From: Bacteroidales bacterium
GTDB taxonomy: Bacteria; Bacteroidota; Bacteroidia; Bacteroidales; GCA-2711565
Direction: 5' to 3'
DNA length: 64,000 bases
NCBI GenBank assembly: GCA_963664245.1
Contig: OY760934.1
Coordinates: 2,412,998-2,476,997 of the forward strand
This document shows positions 10,053 to 18,756 of this stretch, in pieces. The translations under genes and the position numbers were made by a program. Positions within the stretch are counted from its first letter, which is position 1. Every line of letters begins with the position of its first letter. The notes beneath the pieces were generated by a model. The model did no database searches, was not told where the DNA came from, and saw only the letters and a program-made list of their open reading frames with translations.

Positions 10053-10101
10053 AGCTGTTGGCTATTTGCTAATTGCCAAGGGCTAAAAGCTAACAGCCAA
10101 C
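10053..10101 (-). repeat. spacer element 2b (AGCTGTTGGCTATTTGCTAATTGCCAAG...AGCCAAC)
   Basis: 17 of 20 nt identical to the element at 13626 (tgagctgttggctatttgct vs ttagctgttggcgatttgcc). TTGGCT-N10-TGCCAA. Outer 7-bp pairing GTTGGCT (10057-63) / AGCCAAC (10095-101). Confidence 0.6.
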
Positions 10102-10113
10102 TCCCATCAGCGA

Positions 10114-12459
10114 TTACTTGTTTTCTTTCCCAAAAATATTAAACCACTTAAATAGTATCGGAGTGATAAATAAATCGGCAAACAAAGCCGCCAACATTCC
10201 TATAACAGCCAACAATCCGAGGTTGAAATACGTTAATGCGGCTGAGGTGGCGTACACTATAAAATTGGCAGAAATCACTATTGTTGATAATACTAACGCT
10301 ACTCCAACCACACGGAACGAACGCAAAATTGATTCTTTGTAATTTCTTGAACGATTAAATTCTAAATGACCGTGGTTAATAAAATGAATGGTATCATCAA
10401 CCGCTAAACCAAGAATCATTGGAATAATGGTTGCTGTCATCATATCAAGCGGAATGCCCATCCATCCCATTACTCCTCCTACAGCAAGAGCAGGCGCAAT
10501 ATTTGGTATCAGACCAATAAGTCCGACACGAACACTTCCGAAAACAATCATTAGCAATAAAGCAATAATAATTAACGCCAAGCCAAACGATTGTATTTGT
10601 CCTCGGACCACATATTGCATCATTGCTGTAAATTGAGGAAGACTACCCACTACAGAAACCTTTGCATTTGGGAAAATGGTGCTTGCTTGTTTTTGAATAT
10701 CAGCTAATTCGCATTCAGCTTCGCCCGAATTAAACGAATTAAGTTCTATCATAATTCGTAAGCGTTTATAATCATAATCAATCCAATATTCCGACTCTGT
10801 TCCACCTGCATTTTCATACAATAAAAGCATTTGTGCAACTTGATTCTCATTATTGGGAATTTGATAAAAAGCTTTCTGATTTTCATTCAAGGTTTGGTTT
10901 AAATCCTTAACTATGTCCAAAATTGAGGTGGTTCGTTTGGTCAATTCATAATTCTCGGCACAATGGGCTACTTCTTCTAATTTTTTAAAATTTTCCGGTT
11001 TTTTAGCATCTCCATCTTCAGGAAATTCGACCAATAAATCGTAAGAGTAAATCGAACCAAGTTCTGTTTCACAGACATCCAATAGATTTTTCACATACGG
11101 AATTTTACGCCCCATTGTTTTTTCAATATCGAAAGCTGTTTCAACTTTAAAAACACCTACAATAAGTATGATTGAAGCAATAACAGACGTGATGATGATG
11201 CCTTTTGAATGGGACAACACAAAATTGCCGAGTTTTTCCATTTGACGGTCGAGCCATCGTCCTCCCTTTTCACGAATGGCAGGATGTGGTTCTTTATTTT
11301 TACCAAAACTCAACAAGGCCGGCATTAGTAAAATAACAATTAGAAATGTTAACAAGACACACGCTGCCGTTGCAACTCCTACAAAACGAAGTGGTCTCAT
11401 TGGAATAACCAAAAATGTGAGCAAAGCTGTCATTGTTGTCAGTGCCGAAAATAATACCGGCCAACCCATTTCTTTTAGCGTTTCGGTGACAGCTTGTTTA
11501 CGTTGACCGTGAAATGTGATTTGCTTCTTGAAATATGAAAACAGATGAATGTTATAAGCTATGGCAATGGCAAACGATAAAAGAATTGGTAACGACATCA
11601 TTCCGCTGTCGATAGGATACCCAATATGTCCCAAAGTACCGTAAATAATAACAATGGAGCTGATTGACGTAAACAATGGCACTGCCACACCACGAAACGA
11701 CTTTGTGGCAAAAATCAGAACAATAATTGCAAGTAGAAGTGCTAATCTCATTACACGTCCGGTTTCATGGGTAAAGTACATTTGCTTTTTGTATGCGATG
11801 TATGGCATTCCAGTAGCTCGCGGCGAAAGAACTTGGTATTTGTCTTTCGAAATAATGCGGTCGGTCTCTTTTCCTGTTACATAATCAGGTCCTTTGGTAC
11901 TGGTTTTTTGCCATACTGAATCTTCCGGAAACGTCCGTAATTTCAGAATTATCCACGTTAATTGTCCATTTTTTGAAACCAATTTTTCGGCAATATTCGG
12001 TTTGCTATATGCTTTTTTACGAATAGAATCGAGCAAGGTCTTGTCCGAAGATATTTCATCAGGAACAATCTGCTCTATTTGCATTCCGTATTCTGTTCCG
12101 GTCATAAACTCGATGTCGGTCAATGAGGTGATTTTTTCGGCATACGATAAGCTATCCATCAATTCGTTGGATAATTCACGAATGAGTTCTAAATTGTCTT
12201 TACTGAACGAATTGTCACATTCGGTAAGTACTGCCACAAAATTATCGTTCCCGAATATTTCTTTAAACTCGTCGGTTTTGACCAACATAGGGTCACCTTC
12301 CAGGAAATATCCATCCCACGATGATTCCATCATCAATCTAGGTAAACCCGTAAACGCCAAGCCGACTATGGCGATAAATCCCACAATAATTAGCCATCGG
12401 AATCTCATTATACCCGTTGCACGTTTCTCAAACCAGTTGTTAATCTTTTGTATATTCAT
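10114..12459 (-). CDS. MMPL / RND-superfamily exporter (COG1033-type, HpnN-like architecture)
   Basis: 781-aa ORF with two repeats, each a large soluble loop followed by a bundle of hydrophobic helices (about 12 TM). Length and topology are typical of MMPL-family transporters. Confidence 0.85.
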   Translation of the reverse strand: MNIQKINNWFEKRATGIMRFRWLIIVGFIAIVGLAFTGLPRLMMESSWDGYFLEGDPMLVKTDEFKEIFGNDNFVAVLTECDNSFSKDNLELIRELSNELMDSLSYAEKITSLTDIEFMTGTEYGMQIEQIVPDEISSDKTLLDSIRKKAYSKPNIAEKLVSKNGQLTWIILKLRTFPEDSVWQKTSTKGPDYVTGKETDRIISKDKYQVLSPRATGMPYIAYKKQMYFTHETGRVMRLALLLAIIVLIFATKSFRGVAVPLFTSISSIVIIYGTLGHIGYPIDSGMMSLPILLSFAIAIAYNIHLFSYFKKQITFHGQRKQAVTETLKEMGWPVLFSALTTMTALLTFLVIPMRPLRFVGVATAACVLLTFLIVILLMPALLSFGKNKEPHPAIREKGGRWLDRQMEKLGNFVLSHSKGIIITSVIASIILIVGVFKVETAFDIEKTMGRKIPYVKNLLDVCETELGSIYSYDLLVEFPEDGDAKKPENFKKLEEVAHCAENYELTKRTTSILDIVKDLNQTLNENQKAFYQIPNNENQVAQMLLLYENAGGTESEYWIDYDYKRLRIMIELNSFNSGEAECELADIQKQASTIFPNAKVSVVGSLPQFTAMMQYVVRGQIQSFGLALIIIALLLMIVFGSVRVGLIGLIPNIAPALAVGGVMGWMGIPLDMMTATIIPMILGLAVDDTIHFINHGHLEFNRSRNYKESILRSFRVVGVALVLSTIVISANFIVYATSAALTYFNLGLLAVIGMLAALFADLFITPILFKWFNIFGKENK

Positions 12460-12480
12460 TATTTTATGTTTTTTTATTTG

Positions 12481-12528
12481 TTAGCTGTTGATTATTGGCT
12501 GTTAAAGCTAAATGCCAAAAGTTAACAG
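12481..12528 (-). repeat. spacer element 3 (TTAGCTGTTG...TTGGCT-N12-TGCCAA...TTAACAG)
   Basis: The first 10 nt (ttagctgttg) are identical to the element at 13626. TTGGCT (12495-500) / TGCCAA (12513-18). Second pairing CTGTTAA (12499-505) / TTAACAG (12522-28). Confidence 0.6.
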
Positions 12529-12550
12529 TTAATTACTAAAGCCCCGTTTC

Positions 12551-13603
12551 CTAAACTTTTTTCCTCGCTGCCAATAGCATAGTCGAGAAAGCATAACTTC
12601 CATCAGCTTGCTGAACTTTGAAATCCCTAAAACCAACTTCGGTGAGTGCTGCTTTTAGTACCGATTCGGACAATTGATGCGTTGGATACCCTAATATTCG
12701 AGTGTGGAGTTCAACTAATGCAAGCGTTAATTCATTTTCTTTATCCATTGCGTTGTCGCAAATGTGATTCGATACGAAAATTCCTCCTGGTTTCATCGAC
12801 CTATTGATTCGTCTAAGTAAATCAACCAGTTCGCCGTTTGCTCCATATTCATATAAATAATGCGAGATGAAAAAGAAATCGTATCCTTCGCCAAAGTCAT
12901 CTTCGTTTTTCATATTGAATCCGTGGTAAGTAACACGATTAAAATCCGTTTCGTTTTTCTTTAGTTCTTTGGCATTTTCGCAAACCTCGGGCAAATCGTA
13001 CACGTTTGCTTGCAGGTTTGGATTTTCGTGCAAAAAGGCATACGAAAAATAACCAATATTGCCTGCTAAGTCACACATCTTGGTACACGATTCAAAATCA
13101 GGAAGGTTTTTCACAAACTTCAAAACCCCTTGCAATCCTCCTGCTTTCATTCCTTGTTCCATATTGATGGATGCCTCTTTGGTATTCCACATTTTACCAT
13201 CAAATTCGGGCATTTCACCTTTCAATGCTTGAATGATATAATCAAAAGGTCCGTTGCTGCCATCAAATTGCTGTATGCTATTAATTTGACAGGCTTCCGA
13301 TGATTGAACAAGGTATTCTTCTGCAAGAATGGTTAAACCGTAAGTGTCATTTTCGATAGAAACCAATCCAATTTTTTCAAGCACTTTTAATAATGCTTCG
13401 GTGACGTTTTTTTGTGTTCCTAATTTTGTTACAATAGCCTCCAACGTGAAATCTTGTTTGGAATAGGTCAATGAAAAATCATTTTTCGACAATAGCTCAA
13501 AAAGTTGTATTTCGATAGCTGCATTAATGACTTTTGGAATATAACTAATATACAGTAGGTTGTTAAGTTTACTGTAGTGCGAATGTAATGTTGGTATGTT
13601 CAT
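12551..13603 (-). CDS. class I SAM-dependent O-methyltransferase (small-molecule OMT type, with N-terminal dimerisation/winged-helix region)
   Basis: 350-aa ORF. Variant motif I (MCDLAGNIGYFSYAF in place of DxGGGxG), acidic loop (ANVYDLPEV) and motif FDFFFISHYLYEY are typical of Methyltransf_2-type OMTs. Confidence 0.8.
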   Translation of the reverse strand: MNIPTLHSHYSKLNNLLYISYIPKVINAAIEIQLFELLSKNDFSLTYSKQDFTLEAIVTKLGTQKNVTEALLKVLEKIGLVSIENDTYGLTILAEEYLVQSSEACQINSIQQFDGSNGPFDYIIQALKGEMPEFDGKMWNTKEASINMEQGMKAGGLQGVLKFVKNLPDFESCTKMCDLAGNIGYFSYAFLHENPNLQANVYDLPEVCENAKELKKNETDFNRVTYHGFNMKNEDDFGEGYDFFFISHYLYEYGANGELVDLLRRINRSMKPGGIFVSNHICDNAMDKENELTLALVELHTRILGYPTHQLSESVLKAALTEVGFRDFKVQQADGSYAFSTMLLAARKKV

Positions 13604-13625
13604 ATTATTTTGTTTTTTTATGCCG

Positions 13626-13660
13626 TTAGCTGTTGGCGATTTGCCTTTGGCTACTGGCTG
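13626..13660 (-). repeat. spacer element 4 (TTAGCTGTTGGCGATTTGCCTTTGGCTACTGGCTG)
   Basis: Same core as elements 1, 2b and 3. In mRNA sense, GCCAACAGCTAAC lies 34 nt before the OMT ATG. Confidence 0.6.
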
Positions 13661-13777
13661 TGTCGCTCCTTCGGAGCTTACGTTATTTATTAATATTTCT
13701 TTCTACAAAGGTGTCGTACCTACGGTACTTTTTTGCTGTTTACTAAGAGCCAACAGCTGCTGCTACTGCCACTCCTC

Positions 13778-15508
13778 CTATTGCGCCATCTGTCTTTCAA
13801 CCATTCTGGAGAAAATGCCTTTTTGTGATTGTAATTTTTCGGGAGAGCCGCTTTCGGCAACGGTTCCGTTTGCAAGCACCACAATTTTATTGGCATTAGC
13901 AACGGTACGCATACGGTGAGCAATAATCAATACCGTTTTGTTTTTAACCAGTTCTGAAATGCCTGCCTGTATTTTTGTTTCGTTTTCCACATCGAGTGAG
14001 GCGGTAGCTTCGTCGAGCAGAACGATAGGAGCATCTTTTAGCAAAGCACGGGCAATGGAAATACGTTGACGTTCACCTCCCGAAAGCGTTTCGCCGTTTT
14101 CGCCAATAACGGTATCATAACCTTGTGGCATTTTTTGAATAAAGTCGTCGCATTGCGCCATTTTAGCAACTTGCATAATTTCTTTGTCGGTAGCATCACG
14201 TTTTCCGATTCGAATGTTGTCTTTTATCGAAGCATTGAACAAAACAACATCCTGAAAAACAATGGCGTAATTTTTCAATAAGGTCTCTGGGTTAATTTTA
14301 CTGATGTCGTGACCGCCCAGGGTTATTTTACCGTTACTGGTATCCCAGAAACGTGCAGCCAATTTTGCTGAGGTACTTTTTCCTCCACCTGAAGGGCCGA
14401 CTAAAGCAGTAATTTCGCCTTGTTTTGCAGTAAACGACACTTTGTTTAAAACTTGTTTGCCTTCTTCGTAAGCAAAATCGACATTACGGAATTCTATATC
14501 GTAATTATCCGGATCAAATTTTTCTGTTCCTTGTTGAATCGGCATTGCCTGCATCTCGTTCATTCGGTTAATGCGAACGTTGAGGTATAACAGAGCTGCA
14601 AGATTGTTAAACACTTCGTTTATGGGATTATAAATGCTTGCTGAAATCATGAGGAAAATAAAATAAACAAACAGGCTAACACTCCCTGATGCCACTAAAT
14701 TTGCTCCAATAATAATAACACCTGCCAACCCCAGTTTCAGAAAACTTTGAGCACTGTTTACCATTGCTCCTGTAAATAGCTCTCCACTTATCAGGTGCTT
14801 TTCATACACATCAATAGTGGAGTCCAATTCTTTGGCATAATCCTCTTCCTGGTTGTAAGATTTCATTTCTTGAATGGTGTCTAAACCTTCCTGTATTTTT
14901 TCGCTTACATTACGTTTGGTTTGGTATCCGGCTTTATTTTCTTTGTCTATTCTTTTTTTTGCAATAAAAAGTATTCCTACTGCAAGAGGAACTACCCAAA
15001 ACAAAGCCAACGACAATTGCCAATTGTAAAAAGATAAGCCTATTGCGACCAAAATTATACTGATGATAGAGGCGAATAATTGAGGCACAGCGTGCGAAAA
15101 GGTATGCTCTAAATCGGTATTGTCATCCATTATGGTTGAAGTGAGGTCGGAGAGATTTTTCTCGCCAAAGAAAGCCAAGGGCAATTTGCGAAGCTTTTCT
15201 GCAAGGGAAATACGGCGGTTGGCACTTTCTTCATAAACAGTAGAAAATGTGCTTTTGTATTGTATCATTGCAATAATAAACATGATCAGCATAAAGCCTA
15301 AGCCAAGCAGTATGTAATACCAAAATCCATGAGTGATGGTTGTTGATGGGTTAATCACTTTGTTTAAATATTCTTCGAGAAAAAGGAATATGAAAACTGC
15401 GGGAAGCATTAATGCAATGTTGAACAATGTTGTTGCTAATGTTCCTTTTATAAAGTCTTTTGCTCCTTTTTCTGACAGAGCAAATTTTCGTTGAATTATA
15501 TTAAGCAT
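13778..15508 (-). CDS. ABC exporter, fused permease/ATPase subunit (heterodimer partner B)
   Basis: 576-aa ORF with six N-terminal TM helices. Walker A GPSGGGKST, signature LSGGERQR, Walker B IVLLDEATASLD. Confidence 0.9.
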   Translation of the reverse strand: MLNIIQRKFALSEKGAKDFIKGTLATTLFNIALMLPAVFIFLFLEEYLNKVINPSTTITHGFWYYILLGLGFMLIMFIIAMIQYKSTFSTVYEESANRRISLAEKLRKLPLAFFGEKNLSDLTSTIMDDNTDLEHTFSHAVPQLFASIISIILVAIGLSFYNWQLSLALFWVVPLAVGILFIAKKRIDKENKAGYQTKRNVSEKIQEGLDTIQEMKSYNQEEDYAKELDSTIDVYEKHLISGELFTGAMVNSAQSFLKLGLAGVIIIGANLVASGSVSLFVYFIFLMISASIYNPINEVFNNLAALLYLNVRINRMNEMQAMPIQQGTEKFDPDNYDIEFRNVDFAYEEGKQVLNKVSFTAKQGEITALVGPSGGGKSTSAKLAARFWDTSNGKITLGGHDISKINPETLLKNYAIVFQDVVLFNASIKDNIRIGKRDATDKEIMQVAKMAQCDDFIQKMPQGYDTVIGENGETLSGGERQRISIARALLKDAPIVLLDEATASLDVENETKIQAGISELVKNKTVLIIAHRMRTVANANKIVVLANGTVAESGSPEKLQSQKGIFSRMVERQMAQ

Positions 15509-17273
15509 TGCAAACCTCCATTCCGATTGTCCATTGAACAGACTGTTGATATTCGTTCCACATTTTTGTATAAACCCCTTGTTTTATAAGTAATTCGTTA
15601 TGATTTCCCTGTTCTACAATTTGTCCTTCGTTAATGACAAGAATAGTATCGGCATTCTGAACGCTAGTTAATCGGTGTGCAATCATTAGCACGGTTTTTC
15701 CTTGTGCAAGTACGCCAAAGGCTTTTTGTATGAGATGTTCGTTTTCGGGGTCGGTAAAAGCGGTAGCTTCATCAAGAACTACAATAGGCGCATTTTTTAA
15801 AATAGCTCTTGCCAACACAATACGTTGCTGTTCTCCGCCCGAAAGATATGTTCCTTCTGTTCCTATTTTGGTATGTAAGCCATCCGGTAGACGGTCGATA
15901 ATCTCGCGGCATTGAGCCATATCAACAACACGGTTCACCTCGTCCAATGATGCATCATGATTTCCGTATTTTATATTTTCCAGAAGAGTGGTTTTAAATA
16001 ATTTTGTGTTTTGAAAAACAAATGAAATGTTCTCCATTAATTCTTTATGTTCAATTTCTTTGACATTGATTCCACCAATAAGAACTTCGCCCTCATTAGC
16101 ATCCCAAAAACGGGGAACAAGTCGGGCAATGGTTGTTTTTCCTCCACCAGAAGCACCTACTAAAGCGACTGTTTTTCCTCTCGGAATAGTAAAACTGATA
16201 TTATCGACAGCCTTTTTATTTGCACAGGGATAACTGAATGAAACTTTGTTGAATTTAATATCGAAATGCTTCATTGGTAACGGATTACTAGAAACAGGTA
16301 ACGGTTCAGTTGATAATAGATTATCTAAACGTTCAATAGCTTCTTTGGCCTGTCCAAATGCTTGATTCATATACATACTTCGCATTACACTTTGAGAGAA
16401 AATTGGAGCAATAAGTATGTAGAGAAACATGTTTAAAATAACAAGAGCCGGATTACTCGCAGAGCCAATCAATAGAATAGCAGTAGGTACAATGAAATAT
16501 GCAAATCCGTTGATAAGTACTGTGTACAGAGACATTGGAAATTGCCATAAATTTGTGTAATTCATTACCATTTCTTTGTACTTAACAATACTGTTGTAGA
16601 AATTTTTAAATGAAAATACCGTTTGCTGAAATACTTTTACAACTGGAACGCCACGTACATATTCAACGGCTTCGGTATTCATTTCTTCGAGGGAATCCAT
16701 ATAGTTTCTCATGAACATCCGTCCCCTTGCACCCATCATAAAGCTCATTAATCCCATTGAAAGGACGATTGGTAATATACAAGCTAATCCCAATCGCCAG
16801 TCGAAAACGAAAATAAGTACGGCTGCTGTGATGGGCATAACAATAGTTGCTGCAGAATCGGGCAATTGGTGTGCTAAAAAACTATGTGTAATACTGGCGT
16901 TGTCGTCAATTATTTTGCGGATACGACCGCTAGTGTTATTATCGAAAAATCCGAGAGGCATACGCACAATTTTTTTCATAGCATATCGGCGCATATTGGT
17001 TTCGGTACGGAATGCTGCTAAATGTGAAAATGTAAGTGCAGCAAAATAAATCAGAATGCTTCCAATAGCCAGTACGGCAGCCCACCAGGCGTAGATTTGC
17101 ACCATTGTTGACGATGTGATTTTTCCCGCTACAATAAATTCACGAATGATAAACCACACCAGAATGTATGGTATCATTGCAATTAAGGCACTTAGTGCAG
17201 ATAATCCTAATGATAGCGGAAGTAATGCCTTCCTGCCTGTCATATAGGTTTTAAGTTTTGATAATGTATTCAT
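15501..17273 (-). CDS. ABC exporter, fused permease/ATPase subunit (heterodimer partner A)
   Basis: 590-aa ORF with Walker A GASGGGKTT, signature LSGGEQQR and Walker B IVVLDEATAFTD. It overlaps the downstream partner gene by 8 nt. Confidence 0.9.
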   Translation of the reverse strand: MNTLSKLKTYMTGRKALLPLSLGLSALSALIAMIPYILVWFIIREFIVAGKITSSTMVQIYAWWAAVLAIGSILIYFAALTFSHLAAFRTETNMRRYAMKKIVRMPLGFFDNNTSGRIRKIIDDNASITHSFLAHQLPDSAATIVMPITAAVLIFVFDWRLGLACILPIVLSMGLMSFMMGARGRMFMRNYMDSLEEMNTEAVEYVRGVPVVKVFQQTVFSFKNFYNSIVKYKEMVMNYTNLWQFPMSLYTVLINGFAYFIVPTAILLIGSASNPALVILNMFLYILIAPIFSQSVMRSMYMNQAFGQAKEAIERLDNLLSTEPLPVSSNPLPMKHFDIKFNKVSFSYPCANKKAVDNISFTIPRGKTVALVGASGGGKTTIARLVPRFWDANEGEVLIGGINVKEIEHKELMENISFVFQNTKLFKTTLLENIKYGNHDASLDEVNRVVDMAQCREIIDRLPDGLHTKIGTEGTYLSGGEQQRIVLARAILKNAPIVVLDEATAFTDPENEHLIQKAFGVLAQGKTVLMIAHRLTSVQNADTILVINEGQIVEQGNHNELLIKQGVYTKMWNEYQQSVQWTIGMEVCNA

Positions 17274-17311
17274 ATCTTAATTTTTTATGTTTTTTTAATC
17301 TCTGTCAAAAA

Positions 17312-17323
17312 AGAACGATGTTC
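17312..17323. promoter_or_regulatory. candidate TetR operator half of a pair (AGAACGATGTTC)
   Basis: GAAC-N3-GTTC palindrome 38 nt upstream of the ABC start codon. It shares 10 of 12 positions with the perfect palindrome at 18013. Confidence 0.4.
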
Positions 17324-17348
17324 AGTTTTGTTCAAAAAAATAATCCGA

Positions 17349-17969
17349 TTAAGGATTATTGATGTTCATGACACTTTTCCAACCTGCTGTGGAATAGCGC
17401 ATATATTCAGTTATAAACTGTTCTAGTTCAGCCTGGGTTAAATGGTGCATAACCAGCTCTGATATACTACTGATAAACCACGAACTCATTATATGTATAA
17501 AGAAGTCTGATATATCAACATTAACCGTCGGATATTTTTGCTTGAGTATTTTCATATACTCCTTCCCAATTTTAGTTTGTCTTTCTATCCACTCTTCACG
17601 AAAGTTTTCGAGCTGAGACCCTGCTGATTTAAAGAGCAACAAACGAAAATCATCTTTATGATTATCCACTAAATTGACAAAGATCCCAATTTGAGAACAT
17701 ACATATTCTTCGGAATTGAGAATATACAAATCAATCCCCTCAGGACAATTATGTTCTGCCATAACATTATCTAAATCACTAAGTAATCCAGATAAAACCT
17801 CCCTGAAAATTTCGTCTTTATTTTTGAAGTAATTATAAATGTTACTCAATCCTACATCAGCCTTTTGAGCTATAGTTCGCATAGAGGTGTCTTTAAATCC
17901 ATTATCAAAAAATTCTTTACGAGCTACTTGTAGAATTATTTTTCGTATGTCGTCTTTTTGTATTTGCAT
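17349..17969 (-). CDS. TetR/AcrR-family transcriptional regulator
   Basis: 206-aa ORF with N-terminal HTH (FKDTSMRTIAQKADVGLSNIYNYFKNKDEIF), directly upstream of the ABC pair. Confidence 0.9.
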   Translation of the reverse strand: MQIQKDDIRKIILQVARKEFFDNGFKDTSMRTIAQKADVGLSNIYNYFKNKDEIFREVLSGLLSDLDNVMAEHNCPEGIDLYILNSEEYVCSQIGIFVNLVDNHKDDFRLLLFKSAGSQLENFREEWIERQTKIGKEYMKILKQKYPTVNVDISDFFIHIMSSWFISSISELVMHHLTQAELEQFITEYMRYSTAGWKSVMNINNP

Positions 17970-18012
17970 AGTTGATTTTGGCTTTTGGCTATTTATTTTA
18001 CGATGTAAAAAT

Positions 18013-18025
18013 AGAACAGTGTTCT
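18013..18025. promoter_or_regulatory. candidate TetR operator (AGAACA-G-TGTTCT)
   Basis: Perfect 6+1+6 palindrome 44 nt upstream of the tetR start codon. Confidence 0.45.
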
Positions 18026-18101
18026 TTATTACACAATCCCTATTTGTTGTGATTTGTATTTGGAAAAAACTATTAGATATGGGGGGAGTGTGGTGTAGAA
18101 G

Positions 18102-18756
18102 AAACAGCTCTTTTGCTATTGGAGTTAGAGTAATATTTTACTTATTTATAGTTTTATTATCCTAGGTAATGGTTAAAACCCTGCAATTTCATTGCAGTTA
18201 CTTTAGTTTCTATAAATTATTTAGTTTTACGGTATGGAGAGTAATAGAAAGAGTTCCCATACGGTAAGTAGGATGACAGCACACATCGTTTGGGTGACCA
18301 AGTATCGGTATCATGTGCTGAGGGGGGACGTTCAGGTTCGTTGCCGTGATTTGGTAATACAGATATGTAATGCTGAGAATGTTCAGATACTGAAGGGTGT
18401 AGTGAGCAAGGATCACGTTCATCTGCATGTTGAGTATGCACCCTCATTGAGTATAAGCCACTTGGTAAAGAAGCTAAAGGGGCGCACATCAAGGTTGCTC
18501 CAACAGGAGTTTCCCGCCTTGGGAAAACAGTATTGGGGTCAGCATTTCTGGGCAGTTGGTTATGGAGTATGGAGCACAGGAAATATAACCGATGAAATGG
18601 TGCAGGATTATCTTGAGCACCATCGGGATAAGCCCAACGCCCAGTCGGGTAACTGGATATTAGAATGAGGTTAAAAAATTTCATTTTTTACCGCTCTTAC
18701 AACCTATGGATTTACAATCCATAGTGGTTTAGTTTCCAATAGCAAATGTTCTGTTT
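18102..18756 (+). mobile_element. IS200/IS605-family (Y1 HUH transposase) unit bracketed by 22-bp imperfect inverted repeats
   Basis: tnpA is flanked by subterminal hairpins: CTGCAAT-ttc-ATTGCAG (18181-18197) and CTATGGAT-ttaca-ATCCATAG (18704-18724). Further out lie aaacagctcttttgctattgga (18102-18123) and its inverted copy tccaatagcaaatgttctgttt (18735-18756), matching at 18 of 22 positions. The true transposon ends are not determined. Confidence 0.6.
18234..18668 (+). CDS. tnpA: IS200/IS605-family Y1 (HUH) transposase TnpA
   Basis: 144-aa ORF with HIVWVTKYRYHVL, HUH motif (DHVHLHVEY), and FWAVGYGVWSTG followed by the catalytic-Tyr region MVQDYLEHH. Confidence 0.9.
   Translation: MESNRKSSHTVSRMTAHIVWVTKYRYHVLRGDVQVRCRDLVIQICNAENVQILKGVVSKDHVHLHVEYAPSLSISHLVKKLKGRTSRLLQQEFPALGKQYWGQHFWAVGYGVWSTGNITDEMVQDYLEHHRDKPNAQSGNWILE

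Noticed and set aside
13596-13923. ORFs of 107 aa (+) and 67 aa (-) span the ABC/OMT spacer.
   Set aside because: They run through the repeat and hairpin region and into the ABC gene out of frame. Their composition (Cys/Leu-rich) looks non-coding.
18217-18684. A 155-aa ORF runs antisense to the IS200 tnpA.
   Set aside because: It is the mirror frame of a strongly supported transposase gene, and its sequence shows no family features.
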